Origin: Chiloscyllium plagiosum
Taxonomy: Eukaryota
Direction of reading: 5' to 3'
Assembly (NCBI RefSeq): GCF_004010195.1
Contig: NC_057758.1
Coordinates: 1,348,343 to 1,368,342, forward strand
Length of the DNA stretch: 20,000 nt
Below the pieces are notes generated by a model. The model did no database searches and had not been told where the DNA came from. It was given only the letters and a program-made list of their open reading frames with translations. A program made the position numbers and the translations under genes. This document shows positions 1-10,350 of this stretch, piece after piece; the first letter of the stretch is position 1; the number at the start of each line of letters is the position of its first letter.

Positions 1-830
1 AGGAAAACCTCTTGGCAATCAAAAGAAAACAACCATCTTACAGAGTTTACATACAGTTTATATACATTAATCATCATCAGACAAGAGCATGATCGCACAG
101 TTATAAACAATCAATAAATATAGATACTTCATGGATAGTAGCTTGTACCAATGATATTGATTAATTGTAATAGCTTATGTCACCTTTTCACAGTTTGCAA
201 CATGTGGTTTAGTATTTCCTCTGCATAGACTCGCAGCTTGCAAAGTGTGGTTAGTTATTTATATAGCTTTAGAGACTAGTTGCAGGTGGTCAGGTAGGCA
301 CAGGGAACCAAGTTGTCACGTAGGAGCTGGGAACCATTTTGTCTCAAACTGCAATTTAGAATTAACCATTATTTCTGGGGTTTGTTTTTATTGGAATTGC
401 AGCAGTCTGCGGTTTCTTGTTTCTGTCTGGTTCAGAGCAATTTAATTTAGCAATGCAGAAGCTTTGTTTTTGTGCACTTTGAAGAAGCCATTTTGTGGTG
501 CTCCTATATCCATTTTGTCCTCCCCTCCCGGGAGACCCATATCCTCAGTTACTGCCCCACAAAGTAAAGAACCAAATTCAGATGTTGTGGAATTTGATGT
601 GTTTCAAAATATATCAAACAATCAGAAAGTCCTTGAGGAGTGGGAGAGGTTGAGAAACTACCTGTCTCAAAGGCAAAGAACACAGTTGAAATTACAGCTG
701 TATGAGGACATAGACAGGAACACCATGGAAAGGACTAAAGCTGTTGTGCATGACGTCGACGTAGGGTGTGCTATCCTGGTAATAAAAAACAAAACTCACA
801 GAAGATTAATCCTTTCAAAAGCCAGACAGG
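1..830. repeat. Arm A of large inverted duplication (partner 5753-6582); probably continues left of the window
   Basis: Position i pairs with 6583-i: 1-42 is the reverse complement of 6541-6582, and 821-830 gccagacagg of 5753-5762. ORFs 245..445(+) and 6138..6338(-) are identical. No mismatches in the stretches checked. Confidence 0.97.
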
Positions 831-2098
831 TCGATGGAAGATGATGCTCAAAGAAGGTTTCATTGAACCAAAGCGAGTGGAGTTCGCTGATTGGGTTCGT
901 TAGTAATCAACGATTTTGTGTGGACTATCAGCAAGTCAACACCGCAGCAAAATCAGGCTCCGACCCAATAGCAAGGTTGGAGGACCGTGTGGAGAAAGTT
1001 GGTCAAGCCAGTTAAATCACGAAGTTAGATTTACTGCGTGAATATTGGCAGGTGCAAGCGAAATAAATCCCTGCATTTGTAACCCAAATGGGCCATAGCA
1101 ATCCAAACGTATGCCTTTGGAATGCAGAACGAACCCGCGACATTCCGACGACCCATGAGCAGAGTTGTGGCTGACTGAACAAAACCGTGCAGTCGATCTG
1201 GATGAAGTTTCCATCTTTACTGAGGTTTGGAAAGATCGCATGGTACAGTTGGCAGAGTTCTTCGAACGATTAAGGGAAGCAAAACTGGTAATCAACTTAA
1301 TCAAAACTGCATTTGCAAAAGCAGAGGTGACGTTTTTGGGGATGTAACAACGATCACGTAAGGTTGACACCAAGCAACGCAAAACCGAAACTGACCACAG
1401 AATTTCCACAGTCGACCTCGAAGAAACTGGTGGGCTTTTTGGGACACAGACGATTCTACCAGAAGTTTGTTCCAAACTTCAGGAGTGCAGTGGCACCCGT
1501 TAACAAATCTGCTGAAGAAGAACACACAATTTAGGTGGACAGACCAATGCAATGAGGTAAAAACAATGACTGCAGATGCTGGAAACCAGATTCTGGGTTA
1601 GTGGTGCTGGAAGAGCACAGCAATTCAGGCAGCATCCAAGGAGCTTCGAAATCAACGTTTCGGGCAAAAGCAATGCAATGAGGCATTTGACAATTTCAAA
1701 GCTTTAGTTACACCAAACTTTTTAAAACCCTTCAAAGTTACAATTGATGCTTGTGATGTAGGAGTTGGAGTGATCCTGTTCGAGGAATATAATGATGGAA
1801 TTGAAGTGCCAGTTGGTTGCTTTTCAAAGAAACTCAACACCCACAAGAGAAAATACTCTCTGATCGAAAAAGAATTAGAGTTTGGTACTGACTTAAAACA
1901 TTTTAATGTTTATGTCACGAGCAATGTATCATAGACGGTTGTGTACACGGTTCACAATTCTCTTACATTATTGGAACGATTAAAGGCAATAATATGAGAT
2001 TATTTCATTCGGGTCTTATGTTACAGACTTCGAATTTGCATATCGTATAAGTTGCGGATCAGAAGAATGTGATAGCAGACGCAATCTCACCGATTTAA
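548..2098 (+). pseudogene. Decayed Gypsy (Gmr1-like) pol 3' part: INT-RT linker, reverse transcriptase, RNase H
   Basis: Translated remnants: HDVDVG..I (pre-RT), FCVDYQQVN, RLEDRVEKVGQA..ITKLDLLREYWQV, AFVT, 'AVDLDE' at the YxDD position, INLIKTAFAKAEVTFLG, KPFKVTIDACDVGVGVIL, and NVIADAISPI* ending at taa 2096-2098. Many frameshifts and stops. Confidence 0.9.
1558..1670 (-). mobile_element. Short Penelope-like element 3' end, truncated inside the hammerhead, inserted in Gypsy pol
   Basis: 13-bp TSD caatgcaatgagg at 1545-1557 and 1671-1683. The reverse complement reads cttttgcccGAAAcgttgat...ttggatgctgcctga...ccagcatctgcagtc, homologous to 2996-3100 and 8056-8160. Confidence 0.88.
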
Positions 2099-2296
2099 TG
2101 GATATAGCAGAGATAAGATTGAATCGACACAAATGCTTTATGTGTCTGTGTAAGTGTGTGTGTGTGAGTGTGTGTGTGCATGTGTGTGTGTGTGTGTGTA
2201 TGTGTGCAGAATTTAATAAGATCCTCAATATGTCCTGAAAAATTGCAAGTATGTTACATTTAGCTGTGATACAAAACTGAGCTTGGATACTATGTT
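1770..2296. repeat. Arm C of inverted duplication (partner 4762-5288)
   Basis: Position i pairs with 7058-i. About 5 substitutions in 527 bp and the same TG-microsatellite length. ORFs 2016..2228(-) and 4830..5042(+) differ by 1 aa. Confidence 0.96.
2141..2207 (+). repeat. Imperfect (TG)n microsatellite; mirrored as (CA)n at about 4851-4917
   Basis: Direct reading of the sequence. Confidence 0.95.
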
Positions 2297-2646
2297 TTCA
2301 CAGCAGTTCGAATTTAACCAATCAGTTTAAACTATACTCCCGATACTAAAAACCAATCGAATTTGAATTTTGCAGATTTAACAACACCACACCAACGTGA
2401 CGATCCAATGTTTTGGCTACGAAATGCAGGCCTTTTGGACAGATCGCCAGAGAAAGAGCACCACCTGCTATTATCATGCAGACAGCCCACAATCTTTCTC
2501 TCTAAAAGGCAGCTTTTCTTTTTATCTGAAATATCTGTGCTGCAGAAATCTGAAGGCGACCCATGGATATCTCTAGAGGCAGATCAACAACGTTGACTGG
2601 CTTTGAAACTTGATTGGCTGTAAATGTAATACGGGCTTCATCGAAT

Positions 2647-3112
2647 GCAGGTCCTTGGCCTCCTCCATCGCCAGACCATGGCAACACGACGCCTGGAGGA
2701 AGAGCGCCTCATCTACCGCCTAGGAACCCTCCAACCACAAAGGATGAATGCAGATTTCTCCAGCTTCCTCATTTCCCCTCCCCCCACCTTATCTCAGTCC
2801 CAACTCTCGGACTCAGCACCACCTTCCTGACCCGAAATCTTCTTCCCGACCTCTCCGCCTCCATCCCCTCTCCGGCCTATCACCCTCACCTTAACCTCCT
2901 TCCACCTATCGCATTCCTAGCCCCCTCCCCAAGTCCCTCCTCCCTTACTTTAATCTTCGCCTGCTTGGCACACCTTCCTCATTCCTGAAGAAGGGCTTAT
3001 GCCCGAAACGTTGACTCTCCTGCTCCTTGGATGCTGCCTGACCTGCTGCACTTTTCCATCAACACATTTTTCAGCTCTGATCTCCAGCATCTGCAGTCCT
3101 CATTTTCTCCTC
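2647..3112 (+). mobile_element. 5'-truncated Penelope-like element: ORF C-terminus, 3' region and hammerhead
   Basis: 11-bp TSD cttcatcgaat at 2636-2646 and 3113-3123. ORF 2645..2830 VLGLLHRQTMATRRLEEERLIYRLGTLQPQRMNADFS matches the typical C-terminus of the PLE GIY-YIG endonuclease region. C-rich 3' tract. Confidence 0.88.
2981..3016 (+). ncRNA. Minimal type I hammerhead ribozyme motif (PLE-associated)
   Basis: CUGAAGA 2985-2991, stem II gggc-ttat-gccc 2993-3004, GAAA 3005-3008, then cgtt (palindromic ACGU stem III, GUU site). Stem I is weak. Confidence 0.75.
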
Positions 3113-3381
3113 CTTCATCGAATCAGCATATTATTATTGAGGGGGAGGAAGGTGAATCGTTAAGACAAAGGTGACTTGGAGTTGTAAATAGTTGTTGTTT
3201 ACTCTTCACTTTTGGAGTTAAAGAATTAAATTGTTATTTTTTTCTTTAGTCATGAAATTTGGGTATTTCTCCATCACTCATACTTTAACAGATTACGAGG
3301 CAAGGCGAGTTTTTCTGTGTGTTTGGTTTAATTAGCAGTATTTAATTATCTGGGGCGTGACACTATATTCTGTGTCACAGT

Positions 3382-3740
3382 GTGACTGAGTGTGTAGAGT
3401 TTACATATTCTCTCCATAGCTGAAAATGTGTTGCTGGAAAAGCGCTTTTCCAGCAACACATTTTCAGCTCTGATCTCCAGCATCTGCAGACCTCACTTTC
3501 TCCTCATATTCTCTCCATGCCTGTGTGAGGTTTCTGCTTTGCTCCCACAGTTCAAAAATGTGCAGGTTTGGTGAAGTCTCCGTGCTAAATTCTCCATACT
3601 GCTCAGGGATGTGTATGTTGAGTTCATTATATAGGGGAAATGTTCTGGAGGTAAATGCTTCTTGTTGGGATATTTTTCGAAGGATCGGTGTGCTGTTGTT
3701 GGGCCAAATGGCCTGTTTCCACTATATAGGGATGCTGTGA
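3382..3740 (+). mobile_element. Old, diverged HE1-type SINE (5' truncated), interrupted at 3418-3504
   Basis: gtgactg..tgtgtagagtttaca.attctc...ctcccacagttcaaaaatgtgcagg...gctaaattc...ttgttgggccaaatggcctgtttccac aligns with the young copy at 12417-12730. Confidence 0.75.
3418..3504 (+). mobile_element. 87-bp fold-back PLE mini-insertion (52-bp perfect palindrome + 35-nt tail)
   Basis: agctgaaaatgtgttgctggaaaagc|gcttttccagcaacacattttcagct at 3418-3469. 14-bp TSD catattctctccat at 3404-3417 and 3505-3518. Confidence 0.92.
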
Positions 3741-4185
3741 CCTGATCAACTTTAATCAGACCTTGTAAACTTCAGAATGAGTGTAGTCCGAAACTGCTCA
3801 ATCTTTATACATGTGGAAAAAAAAACCTTCACCTTTGGTATCTATCAAATGTTTATTACAAGTTCATTGCACAAACCAACATGGCTTTTAGTGAAAATAA
3901 AGTAACAAGGAATACCAGGCTTTCATGAGCCTGAGAATTCTGCAACAGACCATGTGAATATTCCACAAATGGGTTTCATTTGTAAATGTCTGTCTGGGAG
4001 TATCACGTGACTTCTCTGCTTCATTTATCAACGGATTGTTTTGTGGAAATTGGTGGCAAGCCTCTGAGTGACAAATTGTGTCAGAGATATTTAAACTCAG
4101 GTTCGGGGGAAAGGTTTTGCACAAACACAGATGCCATCACTGACAACTACCTATCTCTGCCTCCCTTTGCTGCGCTCTGTGTCGC

Positions 4186-4465
4186 CTCTCTCTCTCTCGC
4201 TCTCTCTCTCACACACACGCACAGGCACACACACATATTCACACTCACATGAATACATACACAATCTCACGTAATAATTAGCTTGCACACGCGTACACGC
4301 TAAAAGTACCACACACTCACACAGAAGTACACACAACGACATGTTCCTTAATGTACACACAATCACATACTATCACACTGACATATGTACACGTACACAC
4401 ACACAATGACATACGAGCATGTAGAGATGCACATTGAGTCACACAACAAACACTCACTGAAACAC
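4186..4465 (+). repeat. (CT)n followed by a degenerate (CA)n-rich low-complexity tract
   Basis: Direct reading of the sequence. Confidence 0.85.
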
Positions 4466-4533
4466 TGGGAATAATGGGTGGGGTGTGTGGGGAGGGATGA
4501 TCACAGTCTAAGGATATGGTGCAGGACTGAGAT

Positions 4534-4597
4534 GAAACGTGAACTCGGTTCCCTTCTCTCTCCACAGATGCCGCCAGACCTGCTGAGCTTCTGCAAG
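4534..4597 (+). mobile_element. Degenerate PLE-type 3' tail fragment
   Basis: gaaacgtgaactc...ctctctccacagatgccgccagacctgctgagctt resembles gaaacgttgactctcc...gatgctgcctgacctgctg at 3005-3048. No TSD seen. Confidence 0.45.
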
Positions 4598-4761
4598 TGT
4601 GGCCCTGATGCTCTCTACATCAAAGGCCTGAGAGGAACATACACTGGAACTCAGTGTACATATCATTGGAGGCTCTGTGTCAACACCTAGCTGACAATCA
4701 AGTGTAGACTGATGAGATAAGACAGGATAGGAACATAGACTCCAGAGTTTTCGCTATAGAG

Positions 4762-5288
4762 AACATAGTATCCAAGCTCAGTTTTGTATCACAGCTAAAT
4801 GTAACATACTTGCAATTTTTCAGGACATATTGAGGATCTTATTAAATTCTGCACACATACACACACACACACACACATGCACACACACACTCACACACAC
4901 ACACTTACACAGACACATAAAGCATTTGTGTCGATTCAATCTTATCTCTGCTATATCCATTAAATCGGCGAGATTGCGTCTGCTATCACATTCTTCTGAT
5001 CCGCAACTTATACGATATGCAAATTCGAAGTCTGTAACATAAGACCCGAACGAAATAATCTCATATTATTGCCTTTAATCGTTCCAATAATGTAAGAGAA
5101 TTGTGAACTGTGTACACAACCGTCTATGATACATTGCTCGTGACATAAACATTAAAATGTTTTAAGTCAGTACCAAACTCTAATTCTTTTTCGATCAGAG
5201 AGTATTTTCTCTTGTGGGTGTTGAGTTTCTTTGAAAAGCAACAAACTGGCACTTCAATTCCATCATTATATGCCTCGAACAGGATCAC
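4762..5288 (-). repeat. Arm C' (inverted copy of 1770-2296: Gypsy RNase H end, TG repeat, LTR start)
   Basis: Reverse-complement match to 1770-2296, about 99% identical. Confidence 0.96.
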
Positions 5289-5514
5289 CTGTACTGATGC
5301 ATCTAGTTACTGTCGCCCATTTACTCAGTTCGAAAGCCACAAGAGATATTGAACACGTATCATGTGGACTCAGTGGAGGATATGGTGAGACTGACTCAAG
5401 TTTTTTTTTCTGAGGGATAAAAGCTGATTGGTTCTTGCATCATGTGATATTTGTCAATCCCAGTTCCTCACTTCGTGATTTATTTGCCCACCAGCGTTTA
5501 CAACTGGATAACAG

Positions 5515-5752
5515 GAGAATGGAGGAACGTATAGAGAATGTTTCACAAGGCAGTCACACCATAAAGTTGGACTTACTGCATGGTTATTGGAAGGAAACGT
5601 CACCAGAGAAAGCAAAAAGAATTTCTGCATTTGTAACCCCAAATGAGCGAGATCAATTGAAAGTCCCTGTCATCACTTTGGAATGACACATGAAAAGAGT
5701 TTGGGCTGTTTTAACAAAGTGTGCGGTCTGTCTGAATGATGCACTGATCTCT
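5515..5752 (+). pseudogene. Independent, diverged Gypsy RT fragment
   Basis: ORF 5435..5686 contains RMEERIENVSQGSHTIKLDLLHGYWK..EKAKRISAFVTPN. It is followed by a ctttggaatga (PFGM-like) remnant and a CAVCLNDALIS remnant at the YxDD position. Confidence 0.8.
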
Positions 5753-6582
5753 CCTGTCTGGCTTTTGAAAGGATTAATCTTCTGTGAGTTTTGTTTTTTA
5801 TTACCAGGATAGCACACCCTACGTCGACGTCATGCACAACAGCTTTAGTCCTTTCCATGGTGTTCCTGTCTATGTCCTCATACAGCTGTAATTTCAACTG
5901 TGTTCTTTGCCTTTGAGACAGGTAGTTTCTCAACCTCTCCCACTCCTCAAGGACTTTCTGATTGTTTGATATATTTTGAAACACATCAAATTCCACAACA
6001 TCTGAATTTGGTTCTTTACTTTGTGGGGCAGTAACTGAGGATATGGGTCTCCCGGGAGGGGAGGACAAAATGGATATAGGAGCACCACAAAATGGCTTCT
6101 TCAAAGTGCACAAAAACAAAGCTTCTGCATTGCTAAATTAAATTGCTCTGAACCAGACAGAAACAAGAAACCGCAGACTGCTGCAATTCCAATAAAAACA
6201 AACCCCAGAAATAATGGTTAATTCTAAATTGCAGTTTGAGACAAAATGGTTCCCAGCTCCTACGTGACAACTTGGTTCCCTGTGCCTACCTGACCACCTG
6301 CAACTAGTCTCTAAAGCTATATAAATAACTAACCACACTTTGCAAGCTGCGAGTCTATGCAGAGGAAATACTAAACCACATGTTGCAAACTGTGAAAAGG
6401 TGACATAAGCTATTACAATTAATCAATATCATTGGTACAAGCTACTATCCATGAAGTATCTATATTTATTGATTGTTTATAACTGTGCGATCATGCTCTT
6501 GTCTGATGATGATTAATGTATATAAACTGTATGTAAACTCTGTAAGATGGTTGTTTTCTTTTGATTGCCAAGAGGTTTTCCT
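5753..6582 (-). repeat. Arm A' (inverted copy of 1-830)
   Basis: Reverse-complement identity to 1-830. Sharp breakpoint at 5752/5753. Confidence 0.97.
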
Positions 6583-6720
6583 GATTCTGGCCAAATCAGA
6601 GCCTGCCAACCCAGCACTGTAACATACAAGAAACAATTGTTTGCATTTTGGACAAAGAGTCGTTTACAGATGTGTTAATTGATCGACCGTGGAACCGAGT
6701 GACTTATAGAGCACCATGAC

Positions 6721-7790
6721 TAACACCTGTTTCTCGCTTTTATAATAAGGTTTCAACATATTCACATGACATACCTGATACAGCTTTTTTTCTATCCGGC
6801 ATCTTTACCAGATAGCTCATCCGACTCAACTCTTTGTCAATTGGATAGGGCCCACTATACCTGGTTTTCAAAGTACCTCCTATCACCAGTGACAATACTA
6901 ACATATCATCCCCACGGGAAAAGTCCGAGTCTCAGAGTTTTTAATCTGCCACCTGCTTCATTGTATGTTCTGCCCTATTTAGGTGCTATTTAGCTAATTC
7001 GCCTACCTGATTTAATCCCTCCCTTACCTCCAATACATAATCTATGTGTGCGATCTCCAACTTCAGTCATGTCAATTTCTATTTAATTCATTTCAAAAGG
7101 CCTCTCACTTCATGTCCGCACGGTAACTCGAAGGTAGAAAAATGAGTAGATTTGTTCTGAGCATTTCTAATGTCAAATAATTCGAATGTGATTACCTTTA
7201 TCCCAGGCACTCGGGTAATCCTGACAGTATGTTTCAATATGGTCTTCAGTGTCTGATGCCACCTTTCCAAAGCTACCTGGGATTCGCAATGATTCGTACT
7301 TGGCTTAAAATGCTCCGCATGTAAATAATCCATGATGTCCTTCAATAGCCGAGCAGTACAATTAGAATTTTGGTCTGACTGAATCTCTCCAGCTAACCCA
7401 TGCCGTGTGAGGAAAGCTACTAACTCCTCGACCACCCTTTTCTGTTTTAATTTTGTCCCTGAAGATCTGGCAGACGGATCTGTGAACAAGGATTGGTTCC
7501 CACTTTTAGATCTTGGGAGGGGACCCACACAATCAATTGTAACCCACATGAAAGCTTCTTCAAATGTGGGAATTGGCAGCTAAAGTGCTGGTTTTATTAT
7601 TGCCTGTGGCTCAACTTATATTGGCAAATATGACACGTACAGCAAAAGGTAACCACATCCTTCTGCATTTCAGGCCAATAGAGATGCTTTTGTACCTCAA
7701 CCTTAATTTTCCGGGCAACCATGTGACCTCCTAAAGGTAATTGGCGTGCTACCCATAGCCCTTCCTGTCTGTATCCTACCGGGGGCACAC
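6721..7790 (-). pseudogene. Decayed Gypsy integrase (H2C2 zinc-binding domain, rve core, C-terminal part)
   Basis: ORF 7597..7788: LPLGGHM...HLYWPEMQKDVVTFCCTCHICQ. ORF 7088..7549: IDCVGPLPRSKSGN...EIQSDQNSN...HCESQVALERWHQTLK. 6721-6780 reads YQVCHVNMLKPYYKSEKQVL on the minus strand. Confidence 0.92.
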
Positions 7791-7954
7791 AACCCGGTGC
7801 GCTTCGGCCGGTTTCTCCTCTGCACTAACTTGCTGTGGTCTCCATTTTGGTCTTCAGCTTCTATCTGTCAGATAATAACTCTCAGAAATAGTCTCTGCTT
7901 CCTTTTCGTAGTACGTATCAACATGTACATGTCTTTTATTGTATTTTATTAAAG

Positions 7955-8169
7955 CTGAAAATGTGTTGCTGGAAAAGCACAGCAGGGCCAGGCAGCATCC
8001 AAGGAACAGGAGAATCGACGTTTCGGGGATGAGCCCGAAGATTCCTGAAGAAGGGCTCATGCCCGAAACGTCGATTCTCCTGTTCCTTGGATGCTGCCTG
8101 GCCTGCTGTGCTTTTCCAGCAACACATTTTCAGCTCTGATCTCCAGCATCTGCAGTCCTCACTTTCTCC
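7955..8169 (+). mobile_element. Fold-back PLE mini-element with hammerhead, inserted between the Gypsy protease and integrase regions
   Basis: Inverted arms 7953-8036 and 8053-8135 (about 83 bp, 2 differences), then a ~35-nt tail. 15-bp TSD tgtattttattaaag 7940-7954 / tgttttttattaaag 8170-8184 (1 mismatch). Confidence 0.92.
8039..8078 (+). ncRNA. Minimal type I hammerhead ribozyme motif with canonical GUC site
   Basis: Stem I agattc/gattct (5 of 6 pairs), CUGAAGA 8045-8051, stem II gggc-tcat-gccc, GAAA 8065-8068, cGUC 8069-8072. Confidence 0.82.
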
Positions 8170-8399
8170 TGTTTTTTATTAAAGTCCATTAGGCGTTCAG
8201 GACTAAACACTTGTGTCTGACTCTCTGCCTGCTCAGGTTTATTTTCTGGACCATTATGTCAAACATGGTGACCGCTAGCTGAACCTCAACTCCTTCAAAA
8301 TTCTCTTTAGTTTTTGCTTCGTGCTGTGACTTTTGTGTGGGGACGTGTCATTACTCCGTCTAGGAAAGTACCAGGATATTTTTCTTTTCACTCATCAGT

Positions 8400-10151
8400 T
8401 TCCTGGTCTTCCTTGGGCTCTTCCACAACAAGTGTTGTCGCTCCCACTTTGGATCCTGCGACATCATTACCAGGAAAAAAAACTGGATCCTGAAAATGAC
8501 ACTCTCAATCACTCCCACTGTTACTTTCCCAGTCTTGAGTTGGCACTCCAACCTGATTTTACGTAGAGGAACGCTAAACTTCTATCCATCTATCGCACAA
8601 ATTACCAGACTCGCGGGTAACAGGTCAGAAAGAGTGAAAATTCGCTCATTTCTTACTACCAGAGATCTCTCAAAAATAAAACTTCTTGCTCTTATCCCCC
8701 TGTTCTTTCTGAGTAGCCTATACACTGAGAGGCAAATTCTTTGTAGAGATCAGGCACTAACTGCCTACCCAGTCCTTGCTTAGTCTATGCACTGTCCTGC
8801 AGCGTGTGGACTTTTTCTTTGTTTTTCCTGTCATACTTGCACTTATGCTGCTGGCTTTGCTTCTGTTCCCACACTTTCCTTTTCCCACAGTGCTTTCCGT
8901 TAACGACCAGCCCTGCAACTTTTTACGTCCCACTTTCTGGCAGTGAAAACACCTTTTCACAGTGGCCTTCTTAAAACATCAGCGCTGTAATTTTCTGTGT
9001 CCCACTCCATTACAGTGAAAACACCGCCGGCATTTGACCTCGTTTCCACCTTCTTGGCCTTCTTTTTAAACCTGTGTTAAACAATTGCCAGTGTTCTGTA
9101 GTAATTGCTTCGTGATTTACAATCTCTCATTCTCCCAGTTTCTATCTCTCACAGGATGAAATTCTTACCAGAAGCCTGTCTTATATACCAACATGTATTC
9201 ACCTGCCAACTCTGCTGCTGTTCTCAATAACGGAAATTTCTGATCATCCACATGAATTCTTATCATCTCTAGAAGTGAGTTATTAAAGTCCTCCAGCAGA
9301 ATATTCGCTCTTCGAGCCACATAGGTTTTACCTATTTTTAAGGCCGGCAGCCATCTATCAAAATACTTCTTTTGAACTCAACTCGACCTGGTTCCTTCTT
9401 TATGTTACTAAACCACTGTCTATTCACTCCTGGTACCAATTCATAAGCAGTTAATATATCTGAGCTCTTCATAATCAATTGACCGCTCATCTCACAGTGC
9501 TGCAAATATCTCCTTCGCTCTGCCGACCATTTTAGTCTGAGCCCGCATTACCCACAACTCCTTGGACCACTCCACCAGCCTAGCTAATTTTTCAAATGCA
9601 ATAAGAATGCTTTGACATCTTGCTCTTCAAAATATGGCAGAGTTTTGACATATTTGTCGAGATCACTGCATTCTCTTTTATTGTCTCCATCCTGTTAATT
9701 TGGCTTTGCTGACTAAGTTACAGCTTCTCATGTTCAAATTCTCTCTCTTTTTCACAATCCCTTTCTTGTCTCTCTCTTTCTCTGTCTCGGTGCTTAGCTA
9801 AGAACCTAATCTCTCTTTCAATTTCCTCTCTCCCATTCTTTCCTCTCTCGATATTTCATTCTCCCTCTCTCTTTCCACTCTCTCACTCTTTCTTTGTTTA
9901 TCTTCTAACTCCATTTCCTCAGTGTCATTATGTTTTTCTAGCTCTGAAGCACTTTTCTGTTTCTCTGACATGCTTAAATGTTTGACTAATTCCTTTACAA
10001 TGTCAGCTTTATTTTTGTCCTTGTTTAAACCGAATTCTAACACCTTTGTTAATTCTAAGAGTATGGTATTTTCTTTACTTTCTAAACTTTCTTGGCAAAT
10101 TTGGGTATCATCTTCAAATCCCAGAACCTCTTCAGCATGATTAAGAGCAAT
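8400..10151 (-). pseudogene. Decayed Gypsy gag (coiled coil, SCAN-related capsid region, CCHC knuckle) and protease remnant
   Basis: ORF 9798..10043 has an E/R-rich coiled coil. 9200-9660 reads AFEKLARLVEWSKELWV...AYELVP...FDRWL...ILLEDF. ORF 8757..8960 has KRCFHCQKVG (zinc knuckle). ILRD near 8665-8680 has lost the following TGA motif residues. Confidence 0.8.
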
Positions 10152-10350
10152 TTATCTCACTTCTAATTGAACCAACCACCGCTAAACTAAATTAAACAAA
10201 TCGTCTCAGTACGTCTTATTCGAAGATATAGGATACTAACCGACAATATTGAAATCTATTGGGCATTTTGTTTTGTACGCCAAATCTATTCAAACCCGTC
10301 CACATGGATCACTCTAAACCTGTCCAAAACACGTACCTGAGATCCGAAAC

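Larger units (their letters stand above)
2230..3362 (+). mobile_element. Gypsy 3' LTR remnant, interrupted by a PLE at 2647-3112; 5' boundary approximate
   Basis: Follows the pol stop. 2317-2370 (ccaatcagtttaaa...accaatc.aatt.gaatttt) and 3290-3362 (cgaggcaaggcgagtttttctgtgtgtttggttta...gtgaca) align with the reverse complement of 10351-11068. Ends in CA. Confidence 0.75.

Noticed and set aside
245..445. 66-aa ORF present twice identically
   Set aside because: It has a GTG start and no recognisable motif, and its identity is explained by the DNA duplication.
2016..2228. His/Thr-rich ORF, duplicated at 4830..5042
   Set aside because: It is a translation of a (CA)n microsatellite within the inverted duplication.
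4548..4690. Polypyrimidine tract + cag followed by an open frame (possible host exon)
   Set aside because: The acceptor-like sequence lies in a PLE-tail-like fragment. No convincing donor or protein similarity.
7953..8135. MITE/DNA transposon or pre-miRNA
   Set aside because: The arms derive from the PLE 3' region seen unpaired at 2981-3112. The asymmetric tail and 15-bp TSD fit retrotransposition.
10325..10350. Primer-binding site next to the 5' LTR
   Set aside because: The position is right, but the sequence is too degenerate to assign a tRNA.
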